A stretch of DNA of 64,000 nt, taken from the IMG/VR virus record IMGVR_UViG_3300012984_000001, positions 11,695 through 75,694 of that record. One strand, 5' to 3'. Every line of letters begins with the position of its first letter. Within the stretch, counting starts at the first letter, position 1. A model generated the notes under the pieces. The model saw nothing but the letters and a program-made list of their open reading frames with translations, ran no database searches and was not told the origin of the DNA. Shown here piece by piece: positions 10,360-19,666 of this stretch. Origin of the DNA: a virus. Both the position numbers and the translations under genes were made by a program.

Positions 10360-10900
10360 ATTGGTCTTCGATTTTAGTTTTTGGAAAGAAAAATTGAGTA
10401 TTGAAAATAGTTTCTCGTGTGTAACCTTTTTGCATTTGCAGAACTACGGTTTGTATTCTTGCATAGTCAAAAGTTTTTCTCGGAAGCGGAGTTACTGATA
10501 TCAGACCAAACTGTTTCAATTTACGCATACGAGCATCGGAATCTGAAATTGTAAACCACGGCATCAGCATAATTAAATTATCCGACATTTCCATACACTC
10601 ATTCAAAATGTGATAACCAACTGCCATTCCTTTTCTTGGAATAGTTTGCGGAGCATTAGTTAAATCCGCTGATTTTGCACTAAACGGTGGATTTCCTACA
10701 ATAGCATCATAACGATTATTTTTGTCATGTAAAAAATAGTCATTTGGTTCATAAACAGTATATCCTTTATCAACAAGGATGCTTGATATTTGCCGAAGAC
10801 CTGGAGTTGGTTCCAGAACACTACTTACCCAATCTGGGAGTAATGATACCATGTATTCTCCAACAAAACTAGGAGTTTGAAAATTAGAGTCTATTATCAT
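10340..10900 (-). CDS. DNA amino (m6A/m4C) methyltransferase
   Basis: FQTP, motif I-like VLEPTPG and motif IV GNPPF. Confidence 0.8.
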   Translation of the reverse strand: MIIDSNFQTPSFVGEYMVSLLPDWVSSVLEPTPGLRQISSILVDKGYTVYEPNDYFLHDKNNRYDAIVGNPPFSAKSADLTNAPQTIPRKGMAVGYHILNECMEMSDNLIMLMPWFTISDSDARMRKLKQFGLISVTPLPRKTFDYARIQTVVLQMQKGYTRETIFNTQFFFPKTKIEDQYALLEL

Positions 10901-10901
10901 A

Positions 10902-11168
10902 TTAAACGGTTATTAATTCTTCTTCTAAAACTTCTTTTGAAATCCACGATAATAGATTATCCGCAAATTTAGTATCTAGCTTTCTAAATTTTGTAGAGAT
11001 AAAAACTTGGTCATTTCCATCATCTTCAAATAAATACTCTTCTAACCCCAAAAACAGTACTCCTTCATCAAACTCAAAATAATTAATAGTGACTATTTCA
11101 TTTAATTTTGGTATGTTTGTTCCTTCAAAAACACCTATGCAAACTACTTTTTCTCCTACTTCAAACAT
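10902..11168 (-). CDS. Hypothetical protein
   Basis: 88-aa ORF starting FEVGEKVVCI, a common phage small-protein start. Confidence 0.65.
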   Translation of the reverse strand: MFEVGEKVVCIGVFEGTNIPKLNEIVTINYFEFDEGVLFLGLEEYLFEDDGNDQVFISTKFRKLDTKFADNLLSWISKEVLEEELITV

Positions 11169-11341
11169 GGCTCTACATTTATACCATTAATACTAATTAA
11201 TTTTATTCCGAAAACCCACTTTCTTATTTCTTTGACTTGAAGAAATGCGCCGGATTCTGTTTTGTCTTTTATTTTTACTTTGGCGAATTCTTTTTCAAAT
11301 TCTCCATGCCTGTACCAATATTCAAATTCGTATTCGTTCAT
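11156..11341 (-). CDS. Hypothetical protein
   Basis: 61-aa ORF in the operon. Confidence 0.55.
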   Translation of the reverse strand: MNEYEFEYWYRHGEFEKEFAKVKIKDKTESGAFLQVKEIRKWVFGIKLISINGINVEPCLK

Positions 11342-11343
11342 AA

Positions 11344-11742
11344 TTAACTATAATTTTCTTCACTATATCCAACAAATAACTCATACTCCAAATTAATGGT
11401 AAAACGCCACCCATATCCCCAATAATCATCTCCATTTTCTGTAGCGTTATTCCCTCCGATACTCCATTCTACAACTACAGTATCTTTTCCAATGTCAACA
11501 TAATCTAAAAAACACCCCATATCAGAGTTTGGAACTTCTGCTTCATCAGGAATATTGTCAAATCTAGCGTACATTTCTAAAACATAATCAAAAGGTTCTT
11601 CATTTGATTTAAGATATTCTATGTAGTCTTCCGCTGTAGGGTAATATTTTAAATGCTCTTTTTTAATTGCTTCGTAAATACCCGAAAAATCAATGTAGTT
11701 TATTAAATCCATTTTTTTATTTTTTACTTGATAAGTAGTCAT
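11344..11742 (-). CDS. Hypothetical acidic protein
   Basis: 132-aa ORF in the operon. Confidence 0.6.
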   Translation of the reverse strand: MTTYQVKNKKMDLINYIDFSGIYEAIKKEHLKYYPTAEDYIEYLKSNEEPFDYVLEMYARFDNIPDEAEVPNSDMGCFLDYVDIGKDTVVVEWSIGGNNATENGDDYWGYGWRFTINLEYELFVGYSEENYS

Positions 11743-11899
11743 TAATAATTTTATTCGCTTTGTATTCGCTTATTTCAAATTCTTTGGCTATCAGCGAAAC
11801 TCGATTGTCTTTACTGAATTTCCATCTATCAATTATTTCTTGAATAGTCTTTTCAGTTAAAAAATAAGACTTTGAACCGATTATTGGTCTTTTAGCCAT
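11717..11899 (-). CDS. Small HTH-like protein
   Basis: VSLIAKEFEISEYKANKII pattern. Confidence 0.55.
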   Translation of the reverse strand: MAKRPIIGSKSYFLTEKTIQEIIDRWKFSKDNRVSLIAKEFEISEYKANKIINDYLSSKK

Positions 11900-12135
11900 T
11901 TTGATTTTATTTTGTATTTACGAAACTCAACATAAGCATGCTGTTTTTCTCTGCTCATTCTGTTTATCTGCATTATTCGCAACTTCAAAAACTGAATTTC
12001 ATCCAATAACTTAAAAGTCATAACTTGAACTTCAAAATTAGAAAGATACGGGTCATTTTTTATTGTTGGCAGATAATCAATATAACTGTCCATTTGCTTC
12101 TGCAACTCTGAACCATAATTTAGCCAATTCATCAC
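11881..12135 (-). CDS. Hypothetical protein
   Basis: 84-aa ORF in the operon. Confidence 0.55.
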   Translation of the reverse strand: MMNWLNYGSELQKQMDSYIDYLPTIKNDPYLSNFEVQVMTFKLLDEIQFLKLRIMQINRMSREKQHAYVEFRKYKIKSKWLKDQ

Positions 12136-12147
12136 ATAATGTTTTAT

Positions 12148-12996
12148 TTACTTTCTGAATGAATTCCCCTTGAATTCGATTATGTTAAACATATCGAACA
12201 TTCTGTCGTAAACTCGATTGCCATACTTTTCGCCAAATTCTTCAATTGCTATATCAACATCTCCTTCAAATCCTTCTTTGAAATTACAAGTAGCATGAGT
12301 AATCAATTTTCGGCTGTAGCGTTCTTCAAATATTTCTTTGAATAAATTAACTTTTCCGTAGTTACTAGCAATCTTTTCCGTCTTAACATCATCGAAAAAT
12401 CGTTTTCCACGCCACATTCTAGCCTCAAATTCATCTCGATCAATATCGGAGTTGCATTTCTCAAACATATTCACAACTTCATTAGCCGAATAACCTTTGA
12501 AAGTAGTTGATTCTATCTCTTTGAATATATGCTCAAAAACTCGCATGGTCGAAGTTTTTCCGTTTCCGTATGTTCCAACAAGCAAAATACCTTTATCGAA
12601 GCTAGGAACGCTTATTTTTGATAAATTTTCGCATCCAAAGAATCTTTCATCTTTAGAAAAATAATAAATCAAAGGTTCTAAGTTTTTAATAGTAACATTT
12701 TCAACTTTGATAAATGGCCTTTTGTTGATGGTATGAAAATTAAGTTTAAATAAATCATACAGATGTTTTGCAGATATTTTAAACTCAACATCTTCTTTAG
12801 GCTGTTGAATCTTATCAAAATAGTCAAAATTAGCTTTAATCTGTTCTGGAGTAGCCTGAGTAGATTTAGCTTCATAAGATTCAATCTGTTGCTTTTGTTC
12901 ATCACTTAAACTTTCTGGCTTCAAACTTTTCAAATGATTATATTTATTTACCCCTATGATTGACGAATTTTGTGGTTGTATTGCTTCCTGTGCCAT
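12148..12996 (-). CDS. DnaC/IstB-like AAA+ helicase loader
   Basis: Walker A GTYGNGKT, Walker B FFDD, YGNRVYDRMFDMFNIIEFKGNSFR tail. Confidence 0.8.
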   Translation of the reverse strand: MAQEAIQPQNSSIIGVNKYNHLKSLKPESLSDEQKQQIESYEAKSTQATPEQIKANFDYFDKIQQPKEDVEFKISAKHLYDLFKLNFHTINKRPFIKVENVTIKNLEPLIYYFSKDERFFGCENLSKISVPSFDKGILLVGTYGNGKTSTMRVFEHIFKEIESTTFKGYSANEVVNMFEKCNSDIDRDEFEARMWRGKRFFDDVKTEKIASNYGKVNLFKEIFEERYSRKLITHATCNFKEGFEGDVDIAIEEFGEKYGNRVYDRMFDMFNIIEFKGNSFRK

Positions 12997-13741
12997 TTGA
13001 TTTTGCTTTATTAATATTATCTACCCATTCTAATTTGAATCCTACCCAATTCTTGTCAAGAGAAATTTTGAGTGCTTCTTCAATAGAGAACTTTCTTTTA
13101 CCGCATTCTTCTACTAACGAATCAAAAGCAGTTTTTCCTAAAGATGCATTTTTTGATATTCGGTGGTTAACAAAATCATTCACCAAAACTTTGTTTGAAA
13201 CTAATTTCAGTAATTCACTTTTATAATCAAATTCATTATCATCTTTAATTTCAATTACATCTTCATTTGCATTTTCAATTGCTAAATGCTTAAGCAAGGC
13301 TTTAAGCGAATCTTTAGCACAAACAAGATTTTTAGTTAATTCATAAACTTCTAATACAGTTTTAGATTTTAAAGAATTTCTTAAACTTATATAATCTGAA
13401 TCATCAAGAATTGCTTTTGATTTTTTCCAAAACTGCCCTACAGTGCCGTTTACAGATTGTTTTTTAGCATATTCAAGCCTTTCCAGACTAATAGTTTTTA
13501 ATTTATCATTAATCCACCCATTCTCTACTTGCTTAAATTTCGCTTCAAGGGTAGTTTTAAGGGTAGCTTCTGAAATTCCGTTACAATAAAGCAATACTCT
13601 TCTTAAATCCAAAGGAATTATATCGTTTTGATGCTGATAAATTAAAAGGTCAATGTAACAAGCTCTTTCCTCAGGCAACATAGTTCTCGTGCCTTCATAA
13701 AAATCTTTAGAATAAAATAAAAAAGCGGGGTCTTTACTCAT
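12944..13741 (-). CDS. Replication initiator (YdaU/DUF1376-like N-terminus)
   Basis: KDPAFLFYSKDF...EERACYIDLL N-terminus; WVGFKLEW C-terminal domain; precedes the loader. Confidence 0.75.
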   Translation of the reverse strand: MSKDPAFLFYSKDFYEGTRTMLPEERACYIDLLIYQHQNDIIPLDLRRVLLYCNGISEATLKTTLEAKFKQVENGWINDKLKTISLERLEYAKKQSVNGTVGQFWKKSKAILDDSDYISLRNSLKSKTVLEVYELTKNLVCAKDSLKALLKHLAIENANEDVIEIKDDNEFDYKSELLKLVSNKVLVNDFVNHRISKNASLGKTAFDSLVEECGKRKFSIEEALKISLDKNWVGFKLEWVDNINKAKSNGTGSNTTTKFVNHRGK

Positions 13742-13788
13742 TATTCACCATCCTTTCTGTGATTAGTTTTTTTTGCATAGTTTTTATT

Positions 13789-14301
13789 TTAAACTGTTAA
13801 CTTTTTTCCACATGTTGCGTTTGGCTTGTCGGTTTTTGTTAAGTTTAGCCTGTTGTTGAGAGCTAATTTCACTTTTTCGCTTATTGGCAATGTTCCAGAT
13901 AATTCATTGCATTTTCGATGCATTAAAACCATATTGTCCAAAGAATTTTTTCCACCAGAAGCCAAAGCTATTAGATGCTCAATAGTTATATCTTCAAACA
14001 ATTTTAATCCACATAAGAAACAAATGTCTCCGTCTCGTTCTAGTAGTTTTCTTTTTTCTTTTCTATATGTAGTTTGTCTTAATTCTTTAATTGGTGCGCC
14101 ATCCCATTTTTCAGAAGGATTTGAAAAACAAAAAAATGCATGTCTTGTATATTGATTAGAAGTTTTTCCCGACGAATAAACTACTCCGGTCTCTTTTCCT
14201 TTAAATCTGAGTAATTCATACTCGTTTGTGACAGGAAATATTTCGCACCCTCTAGCTTCGAGCCATTTTTTAAAAGATTGTATTTTTGAAGTTGCAATCA
14301 T
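13789..14301 (-). CDS. HNH endonuclease
   Basis: RDGDICFLCG...TIEHLIALASGGKNSLDNMVLMHRKCN. Confidence 0.85.
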   Translation of the reverse strand: MIATSKIQSFKKWLEARGCEIFPVTNEYELLRFKGKETGVVYSSGKTSNQYTRHAFFCFSNPSEKWDGAPIKELRQTTYRKEKRKLLERDGDICFLCGLKLFEDITIEHLIALASGGKNSLDNMVLMHRKCNELSGTLPISEKVKLALNNRLNLTKTDKPNATCGKKLTV

Positions 14302-14322
14302 AGTTTAATATTTTAAATGAAT

Positions 14323-14419
14323 AAACCCTTAAAAGTTTCGAGGTGGTGGCTCTACTCCTTTTAAGGGTTTGAAAAGAATGTCGTTAAATGTAACAAATCC
14401 ACCACAGATATTACGTAAC
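14323..14419 (-). promoter_or_regulatory. Two-hairpin kissing-loop 5' leader upstream of HNH/initiator genes
   Basis: 13-bp stem 14323-14335/14358-14370. On the - transcript its loop CCACCAC is complementary to the loop GUGGUGG of the upstream hairpin (14383-14419). Confidence 0.6.
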
Positions 14420-14448
14420 AAATATACATCTAAATTATGTAATACAAA
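14419..14448 (-). promoter_or_regulatory. Bacteroidota sigma-ABfr-type promoter
   Basis: TTTG-N18-TATATTTG on the - strand (-33/-7 consensus TTTG/TAnnTTTG). Confidence 0.7.
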
Positions 14449-14464
14449 AACATAATTGTGTAAA

Positions 14465-14878
14465 TCATATTAATCTTCTTAATTCGCTTAAAATTTTGTC
14501 CTTATTTTTTTGATATAACGCATAGTTTCTTTTAGAAGGATGTATTAAAAAAGTAATGGGTTTTTCAATTTTCATAAGAGACAAATACTCCTTAGCGACA
14601 TTACCTAAAACGATAATTGATTTACAATTTTCTACTTTTTCTTTTAAAGAAAGAGTCCAATACTCTACAAACATTTCCCAACTAGGTTTTTTATGTCCTC
14701 CGTTTTTATCGAATCCTGGAAATTGGTCTGTTACAGCATCAAAAGTAAATAGTTCCTGTGCTTTTTCTTTTGAAATTCCTATTTCTGAAAACCATTCATA
14801 AAGCATTGTTGTATCGTATGGTAATTTTTGCTGTACTGCAGGAGGGGCTTGTCCTATAATTAAAATTTTAGTGTTCAT
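14465..14878 (-). CDS. Uracil-DNA glycosylase superfamily protein
   Basis: IIGQAP motif A, IVLGNVA, HPS motif B. Confidence 0.8.
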   Translation of the reverse strand: MNTKILIIGQAPPAVQQKLPYDTTMLYEWFSEIGISKEKAQELFTFDAVTDQFPGFDKNGGHKKPSWEMFVEYWTLSLKEKVENCKSIIVLGNVAKEYLSLMKIEKPITFLIHPSKRNYALYQKNKDKILSELRRLI

Positions 14879-15125
14879 TTATCAAGTCTTTTTTATATTT
14901 AGATTCTCCGATTTTAACCGAATGCGTTCTCCAAGTTTTTACATTATGCTCTTTAACTGGTAAAACTAATATTTTTATCTTGTTACTAGTTTTCATTTCT
15001 TTTATTAGTTCGGTTAAATCATTCAGCGTTAATTCAATCCCTACTCTTCCAGATGGTAAATCTAATAGATTTCCATATCCAATATATCGTTCTGTGTTAT
15101 CCATTTTTAAATGTAGTTTTTGCAC
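14868..15125 (-). CDS. Hypothetical protein
   Basis: 85-aa ORF; start may be ~15104. Confidence 0.55.
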   Translation of the reverse strand: MQKLHLKMDNTERYIGYGNLLDLPSGRVGIELTLNDLTELIKEMKTSNKIKILVLPVKEHNVKTWRTHSVKIGESKYKKDLINEH

Positions 15126-15636
15126 CTTCTAAAACAGTTGGCTCGTAGCCTAATCTTTTTTTAGTGGATTTGAAACAAGCAACCCAAATATTATCTAAAA
15201 AATCTTCTTTTATAAATTCTACAGAAGCATGTGCTAAATGTAAAACTCCTTTAAAACCCACTTTTATATATTGTTTTTTAGGTAGTTTTACACAAAACAA
15301 TAATTCTGAATTCGGAGCCTGTCTAGTTTTAACATGACTTTCTGGTCCAAAATATTGAACCCAACTCACTCCGTTTTCACCTTTGTATCTTAATCCAGTT
15401 GACTCTTTAGAAGTAATATCTAAATACATTCCGTTTTCTAATGCCCAATTTAAAACTTCTTCTTTTGATTTATTTTCAAAAACATAAGAAACTATAAAAG
15501 CATTTTCTGGAATAATTAGTTTTTCTGGATTAAAAACCCTCCTCCATCCAACTCTGTCAGGATTTTTCGCCATTATAGAAGCAAAAACACACCCAGTTTT
15601 TCCAGACTTTATGAATTTTAAATTTTTATCTTCCAT
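15097..15636 (-). CDS. Hypothetical protein
   Basis: 179-aa ORF with GCVFA and HLAHA motifs. Confidence 0.65.
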   Translation of the reverse strand: MEDKNLKFIKSGKTGCVFASIMAKNPDRVGWRRVFNPEKLIIPENAFIVSYVFENKSKEEVLNWALENGMYLDITSKESTGLRYKGENGVSWVQYFGPESHVKTRQAPNSELLFCVKLPKKQYIKVGFKGVLHLAHASVEFIKEDFLDNIWVACFKSTKKRLGYEPTVLEGAKTTFKNG

Positions 15637-15818
15637 TATTGAGTTAATTTAGTTAGTTCTAGTTTCAAATCTAGCGCACCACGTTTTATCGCGCCAGTTT
15701 CTTTACAGCCTCTGAGTATCCAATCACCATCGACTTCTATTCTTTGCTTTAAAAGTTTCAGTCGTTTTTCGAATCTTTTTATTTCGAATTCTACGTCAAG
15801 TATGTCTTCTAGTGTCAT
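15636..15818 (-). CDS. Hypothetical protein
   Basis: 60-aa ORF translationally coupled to the next gene. Confidence 0.55.
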   Translation of the reverse strand: MTLEDILDVEFEIKRFEKRLKLLKQRIEVDGDWILRGCKETGAIKRGALDLKLELTKLTQ

Positions 15819-15823
15819 AATTC

Positions 15824-16171
15824 CTAGTTTTCAGAGTGAATATTACCTATTACTTCAATATCATTTCCTAATTCATCTAGGAATAATTCTTCGCCATCTT
15901 CTGGATGTTTATAAATTGACATAAAAGCACCTTCTTTAAACTCAATATAAGAACAGTATCCAGGAGCACTTCTAATCCAATCTCCTTCGTAAATTTCAGT
16001 TCCGTTTTTATCTTTTAAGCCTATGAATTGTCCAATAGTTTCTGGAATTGCAAAATAAGTGTCTTGACCGTCCTCAGTAGTTATATAATAAGTACCCGAA
16101 AAGTCTTTTGATAAATATCCTTTATTCCATTGTCCGGTTTTATCTTTTGCTCTAAATTTAATTTCTCTCAT
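15824..16171 (-). CDS. YopX family protein
   Basis: MREIKFRA...GQFIGLKDKNGTEIYEGD...EVIGNIH; real start is the ATG at 16171, not 16393. Confidence 0.85.
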   Translation of the reverse strand: MREIKFRAKDKTGQWNKGYLSKDFSGTYYITTEDGQDTYFAIPETIGQFIGLKDKNGTEIYEGDWIRSAPGYCSYIEFKEGAFMSIYKHPEDGEELFLDELGNDIEVIGNIHSEN

Positions 16172-16181
16172 ATTTTTAGTT

Positions 16182-16607
16182 TTAATCGTTACTTGAATAA
16201 TCACTACTGCTTCCAGAATCATAGCTTGATGAATCTGAACTCCCCCAATCTCCACCGGAACCGCCTCCAGAATAACCTCCACCGCCAAAACCTCCATCAA
16301 ATCCATTTGAATGAGAGTGACTGTCTGAATCGTATGAATCAATTCCAGAAATATGCGACTGCGAAGGAGAATCATCAAAAATCGTACTTGCAATACCAGC
16401 GGTTATTATATCGTCGATAATTGTAGAATCTATTCGTCTTACTCTTTCTACTTCATCGTGAGGAGATTCGTAAGGAGGTAGTTTTCTAATAATTCTGCCT
16501 TTACTTTTTTCCAATGCTTTTTGATAACTTGGATGTAATACATCAGACGTAATTTGTGTTGTTTCTTTTTTAGATTTAAAGAATGGAAACCATTTAAATA
16601 TATTCAT
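16182..16607 (-). CDS. Protein with Gly/Ser-rich low-complexity tail
   Basis: GFDGGFGGGGYSGGGSGGDW plus Ser/Asp tail. Confidence 0.65.
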   Translation of the reverse strand: MNIFKWFPFFKSKKETTQITSDVLHPSYQKALEKSKGRIIRKLPPYESPHDEVERVRRIDSTIIDDIITAGIASTIFDDSPSQSHISGIDSYDSDSHSHSNGFDGGFGGGGYSGGGSGGDWGSSDSSSYDSGSSSDYSSND

Positions 16608-16618
16608 AGCTTCAAGTT

Positions 16619-17500
16619 TTAGTTATTACCATTTAAAGTGATTGTTTTGTAATATTCTCTAGCGAGTTTTACTGCCTCTTTCATTTCCTTCATTTTTTCA
16701 GCATCACGATAGAAAATAAAAGTTTTGACTCTTTCTTCTTTAGTGAATCTATTTCCTTCTGAATAAACCAAATTTAGGTCTATTTGATTATATATGGGTT
16801 GCATCATTGTTTCCAGATTTGCTTGTTCTTCTTCATTCATGGTATCTGAAAAATATTTTCGCCATGCAAACTCTTTTTCTTTGGCGACTAAATGAGGAGG
16901 ACAATCAACTAAACAATATCTTAGATGAAACTCGTCAGCATCCCAAAGTTCCATATAGATTCTCCCTTGCCATTCGTAATTTGCATTTGATGTGGCACAC
17001 ATGAAAGTTTCGGCATCCCAACTACATTTTACATCGTGAACAATTTTTTTATGCCCTAAATCCTTGAAAATATCACATTCTCCTTCATGGTCTTCATTTC
17101 TTCTGCGTTCTTCGTTTTTAGAATAGTGCAATCCGTCCACGTCAGAAATCAAAGCAATTGCATCTTCTTCATTGAAAACTCCCTTATCAAGAAATTTGGA
17201 CTTTATTTCTTTTACGATTTGCTTTTCATTTTTAAGCCAAACTTTACGAACAAATGCCTTGGCAGTTTCAGAAAGTTCTGGTGGAGCATCACGTTTAGCA
17301 ATTAATTCAGCTAATTCGTCAGGTTTTTTAGTACCTACCCATTTAACCTTATTGCCATTAATATTAACTCCAAAATCTCTTTCGTTTTCTAACTCAGTTA
17401 TTCTTTCTAGTTGATTTTCAGTAATTCCTGCTCCTTGTTTCTTTACAACTAGAGCCCCGCTTCCGGAGGCTCTAAATAATACTTCTTCAATAGGTGTCAT
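16619..17500 (-). CDS. PD-(D/E)xK exonuclease (YqaJ/lambda-exo-like)
   Basis: KG...EE...GECD...DVKCSWD...YEWQGRIYMEL. Confidence 0.8.
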   Translation of the reverse strand: MTPIEEVLFRASGSGALVVKKQGAGITENQLERITELENERDFGVNINGNKVKWVGTKKPDELAELIAKRDAPPELSETAKAFVRKVWLKNEKQIVKEIKSKFLDKGVFNEEDAIALISDVDGLHYSKNEERRRNEDHEGECDIFKDLGHKKIVHDVKCSWDAETFMCATSNANYEWQGRIYMELWDADEFHLRYCLVDCPPHLVAKEKEFAWRKYFSDTMNEEEQANLETMMQPIYNQIDLNLVYSEGNRFTKEERVKTFIFYRDAEKMKEMKEAVKLAREYYKTITLNGNN

Positions 17501-17503
17501 AAG

Positions 17504-18688
17504 CTATAGTTTTTCTATTTCTGATTTAGCCCATTTTTTGAATGCTTCGAACTTCTCAGTAATTAAAGTGGAAGTTTCGTTTCCTGTGATTGGATTATCA
17601 GAGATACTAAAACTATCAACCCAAACAGTTAATTGTTTTTTAATAGGTGCTTTAGCTAGTTTTTCAGCTTCCAATTTCGCTTGTCTTTCCTTTTCTAAGC
17701 GTTCTGCTTTCGTCTTTTCTTCGGCTTCTTGTTTTGCTTTTAATTCTGACTCAAGTTTTGCCTTTGCTTCTTGTTCAGTTTTTAAAATAGCGTCTTGTTT
17801 TTCTTTTTCTTCGCGCGCTTTTTTATCTGCTTCTTCTTGAATGGCTTTTTGCTTTTCTTCCGCTTCGGCACGTTCTTTTTGCAATTGAGATTCTTTTGCT
17901 TCGGCTTCTTGTTTTAGCCTTTCATTTTCCAAACGTTGTGCTTCAATTTCTTTTTCAGATTCTTCTTTTGCTTTGTTTAGTTGGTTTAATATTTCTTGAA
18001 ACTCCTCTTCTGAAAACTTAGAGTATCTAAAATCACCATTAACATCAATTATATTTGCAGAATAAGCAGACAAAGCAGATATTTCTTTCCATCTTTTGAA
18101 ATGAAGGTCATTTTCCTTTTCTTTTTCGATACGTTCGTTCTCTACTCTTTCTGCTTCGATTCTGTCCGCTTCGATTTTATCTTCAAAAGCTTTCTTTTTT
18201 GACTCAAAATAAGGAATCCAAACATCTTCCGGCATATTAGAGAAATCTAGGTTTCCTAAGTCTTCGATGTAAGGTTTGATTGCTGTTTTTCGGTCTTCAT
18301 TTAGTTTGACTAGACGCTCTTTCTCCTGGTTCTCGAAAAACTTCTCGGCTTCAAGCAGTTTTTCTTCCATTTGTTCGTTGACTAAACTTTCTTTACGTTT
18401 AATTGCATCAACAAATTGACCTCCTTTCAAATAAAAATCTTTATTGACTTTGTGCCATTGGTCGATTCCTTTTGTTCGATTATCACGAATTTTAAGACGT
18501 AATTCTTTGAATTTTGGAATATTTTCTGGAGTTACTTCAAGTGCTAAAACTTGCTTGTATGACTTTTCTAGTTCTTCTCTTTCGGAAAGAATAGTTGTAA
18601 GCCCAGAAGTGATTTCTTTTGCCTTTTTTGGCTCAATTCCAAATTCAGCGGAATCAATAATTTGTAATTCTGTTGTTTCTTTTTTCAT
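17504..18688 (-). CDS. Long coiled-coil protein in the recombination module
   Basis: E/K/A-rich heptads, between the SSAP and exonuclease genes. Confidence 0.7.
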   Translation of the reverse strand: MKKETTELQIIDSAEFGIEPKKAKEITSGLTTILSEREELEKSYKQVLALEVTPENIPKFKELRLKIRDNRTKGIDQWHKVNKDFYLKGGQFVDAIKRKESLVNEQMEEKLLEAEKFFENQEKERLVKLNEDRKTAIKPYIEDLGNLDFSNMPEDVWIPYFESKKKAFEDKIEADRIEAERVENERIEKEKENDLHFKRWKEISALSAYSANIIDVNGDFRYSKFSEEEFQEILNQLNKAKEESEKEIEAQRLENERLKQEAEAKESQLQKERAEAEEKQKAIQEEADKKAREEKEKQDAILKTEQEAKAKLESELKAKQEAEEKTKAERLEKERQAKLEAEKLAKAPIKKQLTVWVDSFSISDNPITGNETSTLITEKFEAFKKWAKSEIEKL

Positions 18689-18691
18689 AAA

Positions 18692-19435
18692 TTAAAGTTT
18701 TTGTAAATAATCTAAAGTTCTTTGATAAGCCTTTTTCTGTTTCTTTTCGATTACATTTTTAATGCTGTCGAAATCATCTGCAGGAATTACATCCTTCTTT
18801 TCTTCGTACAAATCGAATAGTTTTTTTTCAAAATCTTCGGTTTTTGCCATTACGTCTTTGTTGAACACAACAACGCTATCCATTTCTTCATCCCTATTGA
18901 GATTTGCTCCGAACATCTTGCCAAGTTTTTTCGCTGCATTTTTTATGGAACGGCTATAAGCAATACCTACTCCAAGTTCTAGTGCGTTGGCTTTCATGGT
19001 TGCGTTGAAATTAAGTATTGTTGACCCAGCATCTTGTTGCAATGCTTTTGCTCCGATTCCATCGATTTTTCGGTATTCCTGAGAAATAGGACATTTGTAC
19101 TTCAAACGAGAAACCACAATAAAGCTGTTTAAGTCGCGATAAGATTGCTTTATGATGAAATCTATCTGTCTAAAAAATACTTGACGCAAAGCTTCTTCAA
19201 TTACCCCTACAGGAATGTATTCGTAGTCTTGTGCTTTGCTTGCGTTAATGCCTTTCTTTTTCATTTCCTCCATCATGTTTTTTATAACTAATGGTTCTTG
19301 TCTAAGAGCATAGTTAAGAATGGAAACTTTTTTCGATAAAGATTCAGCGTCTTCGATTTTGGATAAAAATGCTAGTCCATCAAATACCGGAAACTCAATA
19401 TTTGATTCGTCGTTTATTATTGCTATTTCTGACAT
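18692..19435 (-). CDS. Rad52/Sak-like single-strand annealing protein
   Basis: YIPVGVIEEALRQVF...DGIGA...AYSRSIKNAAKKLGKMFGANLNR; adjacent to the exonuclease. Confidence 0.7.
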   Translation of the reverse strand: MSEIAIINDESNIEFPVFDGLAFLSKIEDAESLSKKVSILNYALRQEPLVIKNMMEEMKKKGINASKAQDYEYIPVGVIEEALRQVFFRQIDFIIKQSYRDLNSFIVVSRLKYKCPISQEYRKIDGIGAKALQQDAGSTILNFNATMKANALELGVGIAYSRSIKNAAKKLGKMFGANLNRDEEMDSVVVFNKDVMAKTEDFEKKLFDLYEEKKDVIPADDFDSIKNVIEKKQKKAYQRTLDYLQKL

Positions 19436-19439
19436 ATTA

Positions 19440-19661
19440 TTAAGATAAACGGGTTATAAATCCTTTAATTGATCTGAAAGTTTTGTCAGGAAAATTCTTT
19501 TTAGAATGAGTAAATATCACATCAAATGACCTACAGATGTAGTAATCATAGTCCTCCCAATTCTCTAAAATAAATTCCTTTTTACTGAAACTGTCTCCAA
19601 TTTCCATTGAAGACAACTTATCAGAGACAATGCCCTGATAAGTTACTTTGTGTTTTCCCAT
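19440..19661 (-). CDS. Hypothetical protein
   Basis: 73-aa ORF with a MEIGDSF motif. Confidence 0.6.
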   Translation of the reverse strand: MGKHKVTYQGIVSDKLSSMEIGDSFSKKEFILENWEDYDYYICRSFDVIFTHSKKNFPDKTFRSIKGFITRLS

Positions 19662-19666
19662 AACTG

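Noticed and set aside
16172-16393. N-terminal extension of the YopX ORF
   Set aside because: It is an alternate-frame read of the Gly/Ser-rich gene; YopX starts at 16171.
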